From Candidatus Berkelbacteria bacterium (GTDB lineage: Bacteria; Patescibacteriota; UBA1384; DTJR01): 64,000 bases of DNA. Position numbers and translations under genes: made by a program. This document shows positions 45,838 through 55,588 of the stretch, piece by piece. The notes beneath the pieces were generated by a model. It saw only the letters and a list, made by a program, of their open reading frames with translations. It searched no databases and was not told the DNA's origin. The number at the start of each line of letters is the position of its first letter. Position 1 is the stretch's first letter. Location: the NCBI GenBank assembly GCA_029865605.1, contig JAOUGE010000005.1, forward strand, positions 338 through 64,337, given 5' to 3'.

Positions 45838-46307
45838 GAAATATTTATTTGGCTGTTGGCTTGGTCGTCGTATTTTTTCTTTTAGAGGTCGGTATTGCCG
45901 CTCGCTATCTCGGTGAGTTTAGTCCGGTTTTGGTCGTGCCGCTTTTATATCTTATCTCGCGCCAACTGAGCCTCAAGCAGATGCTGGTTTTAAGTCTGGT
46001 CTTCGGCTTACTCTTTGATTTGAGCCTGCTTGACCACGTCCCTTTTGTAACTTTATTTTTCATTGCCCAAACTCTCATTCTCAATTATTTGAGCCAGAAG
46101 ATCCTTGATTTTAGTGCCCCTTTTGTTTTGGTCAGCGCCGGAGTGGTTTTGGCGCTGGTTTTTTCTCTTTTGAAGCTTTTAGTTTTGTCGGAATTTGTCT
46201 TGGGGGTGGGGCTCGGGAAAATCCTGCTTTTTAATTTGGTTTTGTCAGCTTTGATTTGTTCAGCCTGGGTAATTATTTCAAGACGCTATGGCCAAGCCTC
46301 GATTTAG
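45834..46307 (+). CDS. mreD: Rod shape-determining protein MreD (putative)
   Basis: Small polytopic membrane protein between mreC and mrdA. Confidence 0.6.
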   Translation: MRNIYLAVGLVVVFFLLEVGIAARYLGEFSPVLVVPLLYLISRQLSLKQMLVLSLVFGLLFDLSLLDHVPFVTLFFIAQTLILNYLSQKILDFSAPFVLVSAGVVLALVFSLLKLLVLSEFVLGVGLGKILLFNLVLSALICSAWVIISRRYGQASI

Positions 46308-48147
46308 TATCAAAGATTATTTGGGCGAGCACGTCTTTTTTGATGATCATGTTGATGGCTCGGAGGTTTTTACCAGAAGCCGTGGGCGGTCCGCCGTTTG
46401 GGGCGTGCTTTTTGCCTTCGTTTTTTTTGTTGCCATCGCCGTAGCGCTGTTTCGCCTTCAGGTGCAGGAGGGCTTCGTTAATTTGAGCTTGGCCGAGGGC
46501 AACCGGCTTAAAAATGTTCCCTTGGCCGCGCCGCGGGGCGTAATTTATGATGATCAAGGCGAGCCGCTCGTAACAAATGAGCCGATTTATCAGCTGGTAG
46601 TTCAGGCCAGCCGGGTTAAGGATATTGAGAAAATAGATCCTAAGGCCTTTGAGCTTACCCAAGTAACAAAAGAAGGGGTGATTGATAAAGTCAGGGACGA
46701 CCGCCAGCGGGTGGGTTTGGTCGTGCTTCGAGATAAAATTGCAAGAGATGATGCCCTGCTTTTAAAGTCCCGCCTTGTGTCCTATAGCCAGTTTGAAGTA
46801 GTCGAGAGCTATGTCCGCCATTACACCGATCCTGCTTTAAGCCATATTTTAGGCTATATTGGCAAACTCTCTCAAGACGAGGCGACTGGCAATCCGACCG
46901 CCGTGGTCAACCGCTTTATTGGCAAGTCGGGCCTTGAAAAAAAGTATGATGAGTATTTACAGGGAATGCCGGGGACAAGAAAGGCGGAAGTTGACGCATC
47001 GGGGCGGGTGATGAGATTGCTGTCCACCACCGAGCCGCAAAAAGGCGATGATCTTTACACCTCTATTGATAGTGAACTGCAGATTTATCTGACCTCTATT
47101 TTAAAATCCAAGGCGGAAGGGCTTCAAACCAAAGCGGCGGCGGTAGTGATGGACCCACGCGACGGCTCGGTCAAGGCCCTTGCCAGTATTCCCTATTATG
47201 ATAATTCCAAAATGTCCTTTGGCTTAACGCAGGAGGAATACGATAAAATCGCCAAGGATGAAAATCTACCCCTTTTTGATCGGGCAATTGCCGGCACCTA
47301 TCCGCCCGGTTCCTCAATCAAGCCTTTTATCGCCTCAGCCGGCTTGACCGAGGGGGTAGTTAACGACTCAATTGCTTTTGACACGCCAAGCGAGATTGTC
47401 ATCGGCGATTGGCACTTTCCTGACTGGAAAGATCACGGCACAACCGACATCAAGCGGGCTATCGCTGAATCAAATAATATCTTTTTCTTTGCTGTCGGTG
47501 GGGGCTGGGGGCCGATTAAACAAGGGTTGGGAGTGGAGCGGATAAAAACCGGCCTTGAAAAGTTTTCGTATGGGTCGAAAACCGGCATTGATTTGCCCGG
47601 CGAGGCGGAGGGATTTATCCCGACGCCGGAGTGGAAAAAGAAAAAGAAGAAAGAAAGCTGGTATATCGGCGATACCTATAATCTTTCAATTGGCCAAGGC
47701 GATCTTTCGGTCACGCCGCTTCAGCTTGCCAACGCTACTGCCACCATTGCTAACGGAGGCAAGCTGTTTAAGCCCCATTTTGCTAAAAAAATTATTGAGG
47801 ATAATAAAGAAGTTAAGGAGTTTACTGATACGGATTATCTTGTGGCAAAAGATGTTTTTCCGGCCGGTCATCTTAAGACGGTCAGAGAGGGGATGAGGAT
47901 GACTATCACCCAAGGATCGGCCTATAGTGTTTTTGGTGATGGGTTTCCGATCAAAATTGCCGGAAAAACCGGAACCGCTCAGTTCGGTAATAAAGAAAAG
48001 ACCCACGCTTGGTTCACCTCGTTCGCGCCCTATGACGACCCGCAAATTGTGGTTACGATTTTGATTGAGGGGGGCGGCGAGGGCTACCAAACTGCCGCCC
48101 CCCTCGCCAAACAGGTCTACCAGTGGTGGGCAGGACACAGGACGTGA
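46288..48147 (+). CDS. mrdA: Penicillin-binding protein 2 (transpeptidase)
   Basis: PGSSIKP (SxxK), SNN, and KTGTAQ motifs. Confidence 0.9.
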   Translation: MAKPRFSIKDYLGEHVFFDDHVDGSEVFTRSRGRSAVWGVLFAFVFFVAIAVALFRLQVQEGFVNLSLAEGNRLKNVPLAAPRGVIYDDQGEPLVTNEPIYQLVVQASRVKDIEKIDPKAFELTQVTKEGVIDKVRDDRQRVGLVVLRDKIARDDALLLKSRLVSYSQFEVVESYVRHYTDPALSHILGYIGKLSQDEATGNPTAVVNRFIGKSGLEKKYDEYLQGMPGTRKAEVDASGRVMRLLSTTEPQKGDDLYTSIDSELQIYLTSILKSKAEGLQTKAAAVVMDPRDGSVKALASIPYYDNSKMSFGLTQEEYDKIAKDENLPLFDRAIAGTYPPGSSIKPFIASAGLTEGVVNDSIAFDTPSEIVIGDWHFPDWKDHGTTDIKRAIAESNNIFFFAVGGGWGPIKQGLGVERIKTGLEKFSYGSKTGIDLPGEAEGFIPTPEWKKKKKKESWYIGDTYNLSIGQGDLSVTPLQLANATATIANGGKLFKPHFAKKIIEDNKEVKEFTDTDYLVAKDVFPAGHLKTVREGMRMTITQGSAYSVFGDGFPIKIAGKTGTAQFGNKEKTHAWFTSFAPYDDPQIVVTILIEGGGEGYQTAAPLAKQVYQWWAGHRT

Positions 48148-48335
48148 GCGGGTCCTGTCGGGCACCGTTTTCTCTCGGCCCGCGTCGGAATTCCCAGCGA
48201 GAATTCCGCGCTTAGCCTCGCCCTCACTCTTCCGCCTTCGGCGTAAACCATGCCCGTTCGGCACGCCTGCCGGAGGCAGGGCTCCGGATGACCTCGATAA
48301 AAGGTGCCCGCCACCCGCTGTTCGACAGGAAGGTT
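48148..48335 (+). other. GC-rich structured intergenic region R1 (candidate ncRNA or remnant; strand unknown)
   Basis: Long-range helix CCTGTCG-GGCACC (48154-48166) pairs with GGTGCC...CGACAGG (48303-48329), enclosing several hairpins. One is CGGAATTC-CCAGCGA-GAATTCCG; another is CCTGCC-GGA-GGCAGG. Shares collinear 8-9-mers with R2. Confidence 0.4.
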
Positions 48336-48475
48336 ACAGTGAAATCTGGGAAATAAAAAATTGAATTTTCCGATAAATTTCTCTTATTTCGTGTTATCGC
48401 TTTTTATTTTTAGATAAAGAATATGTATAATTTGTCTAGCCGTCATCACCGGCGCTTGAAAGGAGGGAGCAGCTC

Positions 48476-49099
48476 GTGACAGATGAGATCGAGCGACAGT
48501 CTGCCGGCTTAAGAACGGCGCTGGCAGCACTTGTCTTCGTTGATCCGTCAGAGCTTGCGCCTGGGGGGCTGCACCCCGGGCTTGAGTTCCTCACCTGGAC
48601 CTCCGGCACGCCGGGCGAGGTTCTCCGGCAGATGATCAACGAAGGTGATGTTGACGACAAGACGGCCAAGCTTTTCCTCGACCTGATGATCTCGGTCTGG
48701 TCTGCCGGCTACAGCTCTTCCCCCGGGCTTGTTGTGAGAGGGGGGAATATTGTACCGGCAGAGTTGAGAGAGGGCGTTGCGAGTTACTGTGTGGATCACT
48801 TCAGCACTCTCCTCTCCCAGCTCATCGAGGACTTGCCGGAGCGTGTGGATGCGGCGACGAAGAGACGCGCTCGCACTCGTTCCCTCTCATTGCTTGCAGG
48901 TGAAGCGCCCCCCACGACTGACTGGCGGATGACAAAGGCTGGGAGTGCGAAGTGTCTCTTGATCTTGGGCCGGGTGGCTCGCCTCCGGCGCCATGCCGGG
49001 GTTTGGTTCGAGATCGAGTTAACAGGTCTGGGGGAACTTCTGGGTGTAGCCCAGCAGTCTCTCCCAGAGCGTTCCGTGGCCAGCCCGCCTGACGAATGA
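48476..49099 (+). CDS. GC-rich hypothetical protein (islet 6)
   Basis: 207-codon ORF with a GTG start 7 nt after AAAGGAGGGAG. It is preceded by an AT-rich, host-like region containing TATAAT (48426-48431). Confidence 0.55.
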   Translation: MTDEIERQSAGLRTALAALVFVDPSELAPGGLHPGLEFLTWTSGTPGEVLRQMINEGDVDDKTAKLFLDLMISVWSAGYSSSPGLVVRGGNIVPAELREGVASYCVDHFSTLLSQLIEDLPERVDAATKRRARTRSLSLLAGEAPPTTDWRMTKAGSAKCLLILGRVARLRRHAGVWFEIELTGLGELLGVAQQSLPERSVASPPDE

Positions 49100-49435
49100 C
49101 GGGCTGGCCACCACTTTTTAAAAGTATGGGGGCTCTTAAAAGCATCGCCAAAGTCAGCTCCTTCCCCAAGAGTCAACCTTGCGCTTCGAAAGAAGCTGGA
49201 TTGAATATCTGCTTTATTTATAAACAGGATGAATGTTCAGAGTGTCTTTCAGAAAGCAAGGTTGAACTTTTGAGCGAGCTAGGGGGTTGGTTGTTAGGAT
49301 AGGGGGAACGCTTCGCAAGTAGGTCCCCTTATCCTAACGTGGGTCGGCAGGCTTTAGCCTGCCCTAATTTATGGATTTTTTAAAAATCGGTCCCGTGCGT
49401 TTGCTCGGATTAGGGAAACGGGTTAAGCTATAAGT

Positions 49436-50338
49436 ATGAGTCCTAATATTTCGTCAAAGAAAGTAATCTCTACTTCTTTGCTGGTTGATATTCTTGATGT
49501 TTTACTAAACGGCATTGTCGCCCTTATTACGGGAAGCTCGGTTATGCTGGCTGAAGCCCTGCAGGGGGTGGCAGACTTGCTGACAGTGATTTTTTTGTAT
49601 ATCGGAGTCAAGCGATCGGCCAGAAGGCCGAATAAATATTATAATTTTGGATATGGCCGGGAGCTATATTTTTGGGTAATGTGCGCGGCTGTAGCGATGT
49701 TTTCAATAACGGCGACTCTATCTGTCTATTCGGGCATTCATAAAATCCTCAATCCCGCAGCTTTGGAGAACACTTTTTGGGCGTACCTTGTGCTTACTAT
49801 CGGCGTCGCGTCAAATGCCTATGCTCTCTCCTTGAGTGTGCGGAAAATTCGTCAGACGCCGATTAAAGCGAGCGTCTTAAAAAGTTTTATCAGTTCAAAC
49901 TTAATTGAAGTAAAGACGGCTTCGCTGACGGATATGATGGGTACGACCGCGGCGGTTTTCGGAATCATATCGCTTATAGTTTACGCGATAACAGGCGATC
50001 CTTTTTTTGATGGGCTCGGCGCTGTCATTATCGGCATAACCATCGCAACCTTTGCTATCTTTTTGATAATTGATGTGAAGGATTTAATCATTGGCAAGAG
50101 CGCTTCGCCAGATAAGATTGAATTGATTAGAAAAACCGCCCACGAAAACCCCTCCGTCGAGCGGGTTTCAAAAATTATGAGCATGCATTTTGGCTCGGAG
50201 GACATTTACGTTAATTTAAACCTTGAGCTTGATGACAAGCTTAAAACCCCGGAAATCGAAAAACTTAACGAAAAAATAGAAAGAGATATCAAGCAAGCCG
50301 TTCCCGAGGTTGACCTAGTCCACATCGAGCTTGGGTGA
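49436..50338 (+). CDS. Cation diffusion facilitator family transporter
   Basis: Six TM helices plus a C-terminal cytoplasmic domain, the typical CDF layout. Confidence 0.7.
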   Translation: MSPNISSKKVISTSLLVDILDVLLNGIVALITGSSVMLAEALQGVADLLTVIFLYIGVKRSARRPNKYYNFGYGRELYFWVMCAAVAMFSITATLSVYSGIHKILNPAALENTFWAYLVLTIGVASNAYALSLSVRKIRQTPIKASVLKSFISSNLIEVKTASLTDMMGTTAAVFGIISLIVYAITGDPFFDGLGAVIIGITIATFAIFLIIDVKDLIIGKSASPDKIELIRKTAHENPSVERVSKIMSMHFGSEDIYVNLNLELDDKLKTPEIEKLNEKIERDIKQAVPEVDLVHIELG

Positions 50339-50466
50339 TTTTATGCTCTTAGGAAAACGAGCTAAGCGGGCCAAACTATTGATCTTTCCTCCCCTTTTTG
50401 CTACTCTTGACATTACCCCCAAAAGACGATTAGATATCTAAAGTAAAAAATAAGGGGGGATTTATT

Positions 50467-50931
50467 ATGGCCGTAAAATCGATCAATTTAACCAAGGCAG
50501 GTAAGGAGAAACTCGAATCAGAACTTGAAGAGCTAAAGAAAATCAAACGTCCCCAAGTGATTGAAAGAATCAAACGGGCTAAGGATTTCGGCGATTTGAG
50601 TGAAAATGCCGAGTACGAAGACGCTCGCAACGAGCAGTCTTTTATTGAAGGAAGAATTCAAGAAATTGAATATATTTTGAAGTATGCCCAAATTGTTGAA
50701 AACGGCAAGAGTAGGGGTGTGGTTGCTCTCGGTTCAAAGGTTACGGTGAGCTTGGGTGGTGACAAAGTGGGATATGAGCTTGTTGGCTCAACCGAAGCCG
50801 ACCCCTCCTCGGGTAAAATTTCAAGCGAATCGCCTATTGGCTCGGCGATTTTGGGGAAGAAGGTAGGGGAAATGGTTGTCGCCAAAACCCCCAGCGGCTC
50901 CCTTAAAGTCAAAGTCCTGAAGATTCAGTAA
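50467..50931 (+). CDS. greA: Transcription elongation factor GreA
   Basis: LTKAGKEKLESELEELK...RAKDFGDLSENAEYEDAR is the canonical GreA N-terminus. Confidence 0.9.
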   Translation: MAVKSINLTKAGKEKLESELEELKKIKRPQVIERIKRAKDFGDLSENAEYEDARNEQSFIEGRIQEIEYILKYAQIVENGKSRGVVALGSKVTVSLGGDKVGYELVGSTEADPSSGKISSESPIGSAILGKKVGEMVVAKTPSGSLKVKVLKIQ

Positions 50932-51150
50932 TTAGTTCTCGCCGAGAGCTAGCCTCTTCTCTCGGGAACGGCTTGCCCGCTCCAGCGGCGGTCTACGCCT
51001 CTGGGGAGAATTCTCGCGTTCCACCCGCTCGAAGCACTGAAATTTTCCCCAAATATGGGGAAACCGAGCAATTTCAGCTCCGGATGTTCCTCAAGAAGGA
51101 CTATCTCTCGGCTAAGACAGCCCGGCAGAAGGTGCCAGCTACCCGCCCTT
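50932..51150 (+). other. GC-elevated structured intergenic region R2 between greA and serS (candidate ncRNA or leader; strand unknown)
   Basis: GCCGAGAG (50941) can pair with either CTCTCGG (50960) or CTCTCGGC (51105). Nested hairpin CTGAAATT[TTCCCC-AAATAT-GGGGAA]...AATTTCAG. A hairpin loop TTCCACC lies at 51019-51025. Confidence 0.4.
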
Positions 51151-51238
51151 ACCCTTTACCCCCTTCACTTTTAACTGAATTCCTTGTAATCGAGGAATTT
51201 TAAGGGTATATTTGAGCTGAAATCAAGGAAGGAGATAA

Positions 51239-52540
51239 ATGTTGGATTTGGAGTTTATTAGAACGAACATTAAGCAGGTAAAAGGCGCGATTGAGAAAAA
51301 GGATCTCAAGGTTGATTTGGATGAATTTTTGGCTTTGGACGACAAAAGGCGGGGGTTGATTCAGGAAATCGACAGCCTGCGCGAAAGGCAGAATGCTTTC
51401 AACAAGAAGGTAGTCGGCTTGTCCAAAGAAGAAAAAGATAAGTCGATGGCGGATATGAAAGTGCTCTCGAATGATTTGAGTAGCTTGGAAACAGAACTTT
51501 CTAAAATTGAGCAAAAGTGGAACGATCTCTATCTTCTAATTCCCAATATTCCCTCTGACGACACGCCGGTTGGGGGCGAAAACGCCAATCTTGAAATTGA
51601 AAAATGGGAAACGCCGAAAAGGTTTGGTTTTTCCCCCAAGAGCCATATTGAGCTTGGGCGCGATTTGGATCTGATTGATATCGAAAAGGGCGTACGAACT
51701 TCGGGCTTTCGGGGGTATTATTTGAAGAACGAGGCAGCCCAGCTTCATTTGGCTGTTTTGCAGTATGCTTTTAGCAAGATTATCTCCAAGGGTTTTAAAC
51801 CGATGATAACGCCGGCGATTGTCCGAGAATTTGTTTTGATTGGCAGCGGCCATTTTCCTTTCGGCAAAGATGACGTCTATGAGCTAGCTAATACCGGCAA
51901 GAATGAAAGGGGGGAGAAGATCGGCGAGTCGCTTTATCTTGCTGGCACCTCTGAGCCGGCACTTTTGGCTTATTTTGCCGACTCGGTTTTGGAGGAAAGT
52001 GAATTGCCGGTTAAAGTCTGCGCCCTCTCGCCTTGCTATCGTAATGAAGTCGGCTCTTATGGCAAGGATACCAAGGGCCTTTACCGTATCCATGAGTTTA
52101 TGAAAGTAGAGCAGGCGGTTTTGTGCAAGGATGATGTGGGTGAATCTGACCGGTGGCTTAATGAGATGAGGCATTACTCGCAGGAGATCCTCAGAGATCT
52201 AGAGCTGCCCCATCGGGTTGTTCAGATTGCAACTGAGGATATGGGCGCCGGTAAGCGGAAGATGTATGATATTGAAACCTGGATGCCTTCGCGCGAAGCC
52301 TACGGCGAGACCCACTCTGACTCCGACTTGACTGACTGGCAGCCAAGGCGCTTGAACATTAAATACAAAACCAAGGGCGGCGAGAAAAACTATGTGTACG
52401 CTCTTAACAACACGGTTATCGCCAGCCCGAGAATTTTAATTGCCATTTTGGAGAATTATCAGAACGAAGATGGCTCTGTCAGCGTGCCTAAGGTCCTAGT
52501 GCCACTTTGCGGTTTTGACAAGATTGAGGCTAAAAGATGA
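51239..52540 (+). CDS. serS: Serine--tRNA ligase
   Basis: N-terminal coiled-coil arm and class II motifs (FRGYYLKNE..., GTSE, YRIHEF). Confidence 0.95.
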   Translation: MLDLEFIRTNIKQVKGAIEKKDLKVDLDEFLALDDKRRGLIQEIDSLRERQNAFNKKVVGLSKEEKDKSMADMKVLSNDLSSLETELSKIEQKWNDLYLLIPNIPSDDTPVGGENANLEIEKWETPKRFGFSPKSHIELGRDLDLIDIEKGVRTSGFRGYYLKNEAAQLHLAVLQYAFSKIISKGFKPMITPAIVREFVLIGSGHFPFGKDDVYELANTGKNERGEKIGESLYLAGTSEPALLAYFADSVLEESELPVKVCALSPCYRNEVGSYGKDTKGLYRIHEFMKVEQAVLCKDDVGESDRWLNEMRHYSQEILRDLELPHRVVQIATEDMGAGKRKMYDIETWMPSREAYGETHSDSDLTDWQPRRLNIKYKTKGGEKNYVYALNNTVIASPRILIAILENYQNEDGSVSVPKVLVPLCGFDKIEAKR

Positions 52541-52905
52541 ACCTGCAGATTAAATCCCTCTCCGGTGAGCTGACCGAAGAAGAAAAAAGGTTATTGAGGA
52601 AAAAGCTCCTCCGACTTGAAGAATATATTCCCAATAGTTCCGTTTTAACCGTTGGGTTGAAACAGCATATCACCAAGAAATCAAACCAAGCTTATGAGAT
52701 AATTATTCATCTTATTATTCCTTCAGTTAAGAGAAGTGTTTATGTCAAGGTTTTTAAAAATAGTTTTACCGAGGCGGTAGATGTGGCAAAAGATAAAGTC
52801 GAGGATATCGTCATAAAAAGAAAGAACAAAAAACTCTCATTGAGGTTTAAAGTTCCCAAATTCAGCCTCGGTTTTTTGAGGAAGAAGAATGAGGAATCTG
52901 CTTAG
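52537..52905 (+). CDS. hpf: Ribosome hibernation factor family protein (HPF/RaiA-like)
   Basis: Size, position and the [19 protein letters not shown]...[13 protein letters not shown] pattern. Confidence 0.6.
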   Translation: MNLQIKSLSGELTEEEKRLLRKKLLRLEEYIPNSSVLTVGLKQHITKKSNQAYEIIIHLIIPSVKRSVYVKVFKNSFTEAVDVAKDKVEDIVIKRKNKKLSLRFKVPKFSLGFLRKKNEESA

Positions 52906-55588
52906 AACTATCTTTGGCGGTGGTAACCAGCGCGAACTTAATCGACTTGACCCGCAGGTCAAAAAGATTAATGAACTTGAAAGTGAATTTGAGGCTTTGA
53001 CCGATGCGCAACTCAAGGCAAAAACCGGTGAATTTAGGGAACGGGTAGAAGGGGGAGAAGCGCTGGATGATCTTATACCCGAAGCTTTTGCTACTGTCCG
53101 GGAAGCGGCCAAAAGGGAAATTAAACAGCGTCATTTTGATGTTCAGCTTATCGGCGGACTTGTTCTTCATCATGGTAAGATTGCTGAAATGAAAACGGGT
53201 GAAGGAAAAACTTTGGTTGCCACCCTACCTCTTTACCTTAACGCTTTGGCGGGCAAGGGAGCTCATTTGGTAACAGTCAATGACTATCTAGCCAAGTTTC
53301 AGGGGGAGTGGATGGGCAGAATTTATGATCGCCTCGGAATGACCACCGGAATTATTCAGAACCAAGGTATAAGCTTTGTTTTTGACGAGGATTGGGGGAA
53401 GAAGAGCAAAAAGGAAACCGAAGGTGAGAATATCACCGATGTCCAATATGATAATTTACGACCGTGCATGAGGGGGGAAGCATATGAAGCAGACATTACT
53501 TATGGGACAAATAATGAGTTTGGGTTTGACTATCTTAGGGACAATATGGCTCAGCATAAAGACCAGTCGGTCCAAAGAGGGCTTTTTTATGCCATAGTCG
53601 ACGAAGTTGATTCAATCTTAATTGACGAAGCTAGAACGCCTCTTATTATTTCTGCACCAGCCGAGGAATCGGCCGATCTTTACGCTCGTTTTGCCATGAT
53701 CGTCCCGCGCCTTACCGAGAAAAAGCATTATGAGGTTGACGAAAAAGCTAGGGCGGTCTCTCTTACTGACGAAGGGATTCAATACGTGGAGAAAGAACTT
53801 GGCGTGACTAATATTTATGACCCGGATATGATTGCTCAGGTTCATCACCTTGAGGAAGCGCTAAAAGCCCAGATTCTTTTCAAAAAAGATCGGGACTATG
53901 TAGTTAGAGACGGCGAAGTAATAATCGTTGATGAGTTTACCGGCCGAATGATGCCCGGCCGGCGTTTTTCTGAGGGTTTGCATCAGGCGATTGAAGCCAA
54001 AGAGGGTGTTGAGATTAAAAGAGAATCGGAGACGCTAGCGACGATTTCTTTTCAGAATTTGTTTCGCCTTTATGATAAGTTGGCTGGTATGACCGGCACG
54101 GCAGCGACCGAGGCCGAGGAATTTCACAAGATTTATAAGCTAGATGTGGTTGAGGTTCCGACCAATAAACCGATGATTAGAGCTGATTGCCAAGACCAAA
54201 TTTATAAAACCGAAGAAAGTAAATTCCGGGCGATCGTTGAGAAAATAAAGTCATTAAACGAGAACGGCCAGCCGGTTTTGGTTGGCACTATCTCGATTGA
54301 GAAATCGGAGCGACTCTCAAAGATGCTGAAGCGCTCCGGTATTCCCCATGAGGTATTAAACGCCAAGCACCACGAAAAAGAAGCAAAGATTATTGCTCAG
54401 GCCGGCAGATTTAAGGCGGTCACCGTGGCTACTAATATGGCTGGTCGGGGAGTCGATATTATCTTGGGTGGCAACCCACCGGTTTCTGGCGAGGCCCAAA
54501 AAGTGATTGACGCCGGTGGTCTGTTTGTTTTGGGCACAGAAAGACACGAGTCAAGAAGGATTGACAATCAGTTGCGAGGCCGCTCCGGTCGCCAGGGAGA
54601 TCCGGGCGATAGTCAGTTTTATATTTCGATGGAAGATGATTTGATGAGAATTTTCGGTGGCGAGAGATTGAGAAGTCTTATGGATCGCTTAGGGCTGCCT
54701 GACGATCAGCCGATTGAACATTCTGTTGTTTCAAAATCAATTGAGAATGCTCAGCGCCGTGTTGAGGGTCATAATTTTGATATCAGAAAGCATCTCGTTG
54801 AATATGACGATGTGATGAACAGACAGAGAGAAATCTTGTATAAGCGCCGCCACTCTATTCTTCTTTTAGACCCGAATAAAGATAGCTTCTTGCACGATCA
54901 GGTATTGGTTAAGATGTCTGAAGAAGAGAGGTCGCAATACAAAGCCAGTTCAGCTAAAGTCCCCCTTCCTATAGTTTTTGATTTAGAGAGAAGGATTTAT
55001 CTCTCAGTCATAGATCAGCTTTGGGTCGAACATTTAAATACGATGGACTCGCTGAGAGACTCAATCGGGCTTCGCGGCTATGGCCAAGTTGATCCCCTCG
55101 TCGTTTACAAGCAGGAATCATACACTCTTTTTGAAGGCTTGATTAAAACAATTGACGATGAAGCAATCGGGATAATTTTAAAAATTGATTTTTCGCAGAT
55201 TCAGGCTTTGCCCGCGAGAAAGGAAGAAGCCCAGCCTCTTGAGTATCACGGGGCGGATACCGCCGCCGGAGAAGAGGTGATTGAAAAGGCCGCTGCCGAA
55301 GAAGAGACCGATGTTATTGCCCAAGAACCGAGCCTGCCTGCTCGCCTCGATTCGGCGAAGCGGGCCAAAAGCCACGGTCTGCCCGAAAAGCCCGCCCAAG
55401 AGATTGTACCAAAGGAAGAGGCTCGGACCAAAGGTGATGTGGTAACCCTTGTCCGCTCTGTTGGAGATAAAATGAATCAAACAGTTGAGTCAAGCCGGGG
55501 CGCATCGCAAGCAGTGCCGAAAGTCGGCCGCAATGAGCCCTGTCCGTGCAGGTCGGGAAAGAAATATAAAAAATGCCATGGCAGATAA
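52889..55588 (+). CDS. secA: Preprotein translocase ATPase SecA
   Basis: [32 protein letters not shown], and the C-terminal zinc finger [14 protein letters not shown]. Confidence 0.95.
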   Translation: MRNLLRTIFGGGNQRELNRLDPQVKKINELESEFEALTDAQLKAKTGEFRERVEGGEALDDLIPEAFATVREAAKREIKQRHFDVQLIGGLVLHHGKIAEMKTGEGKTLVATLPLYLNALAGKGAHLVTVNDYLAKFQGEWMGRIYDRLGMTTGIIQNQGISFVFDEDWGKKSKKETEGENITDVQYDNLRPCMRGEAYEADITYGTNNEFGFDYLRDNMAQHKDQSVQRGLFYAIVDEVDSILIDEARTPLIISAPAEESADLYARFAMIVPRLTEKKHYEVDEKARAVSLTDEGIQYVEKELGVTNIYDPDMIAQVHHLEEALKAQILFKKDRDYVVRDGEVIIVDEFTGRMMPGRRFSEGLHQAIEAKEGVEIKRESETLATISFQNLFRLYDKLAGMTGTAATEAEEFHKIYKLDVVEVPTNKPMIRADCQDQIYKTEESKFRAIVEKIKSLNENGQPVLVGTISIEKSERLSKMLKRSGIPHEVLNAKHHEKEAKIIAQAGRFKAVTVATNMAGRGVDIILGGNPPVSGEAQKVIDAGGLFVLGTERHESRRIDNQLRGRSGRQGDPGDSQFYISMEDDLMRIFGGERLRSLMDRLGLPDDQPIEHSVVSKSIENAQRRVEGHNFDIRKHLVEYDDVMNRQREILYKRRHSILLLDPNKDSFLHDQVLVKMSEEERSQYKASSAKVPLPIVFDLERRIYLSVIDQLWVEHLNTMDSLRDSIGLRGYGQVDPLVVYKQESYTLFEGLIKTIDDEAIGIILKIDFSQIQALPARKEEAQPLEYHGADTAAGEEVIEKAAAEEETDVIAQEPSLPARLDSAKRAKSHGLPEKPAQEIVPKEEARTKGDVVTLVRSVGDKMNQTVESSRGASQAVPKVGRNEPCPCRSGKKYKKCHGR

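Noticed and set aside
49300-49435. Metal riboswitch (NiCo/czcD or yybP-ykoY Mn) upstream of the CDF transporter
   Set aside because: Two hairpins are present: GTTAGGATAGGGG...CCCCTTATCCTAAC and GGCAGGC-TTTA-GCCTGCC. I could not find the conserved yybP-ykoY (GGGGAGUAG ... UUGACA) core or a four-way-junction czcD core. They are more simply terminators of the upstream GC-rich islet.
50932-51238. T-box riboswitch upstream of serS
   Set aside because: The only T-box-like string (GCGGGTGGAACGCG) is on the minus strand, pointing away from serS and into the 3' end of greA. No specifier-loop/antiterminator arrangement could be built on the plus strand.
50932-51238. RNase P RNA or SRP RNA on the minus strand of R2
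   Set aside because: The minus strand has GAGGAACAUCCGGAGC, which loosely resembles RNase P CR-I (GAGGAAAGUCCGGGC). The CR-IV/CR-V partner (ACAGAANCCGGCUUA) is absent and the region is too short. No SRP helix-8 GGAA/AGCA motif is present.
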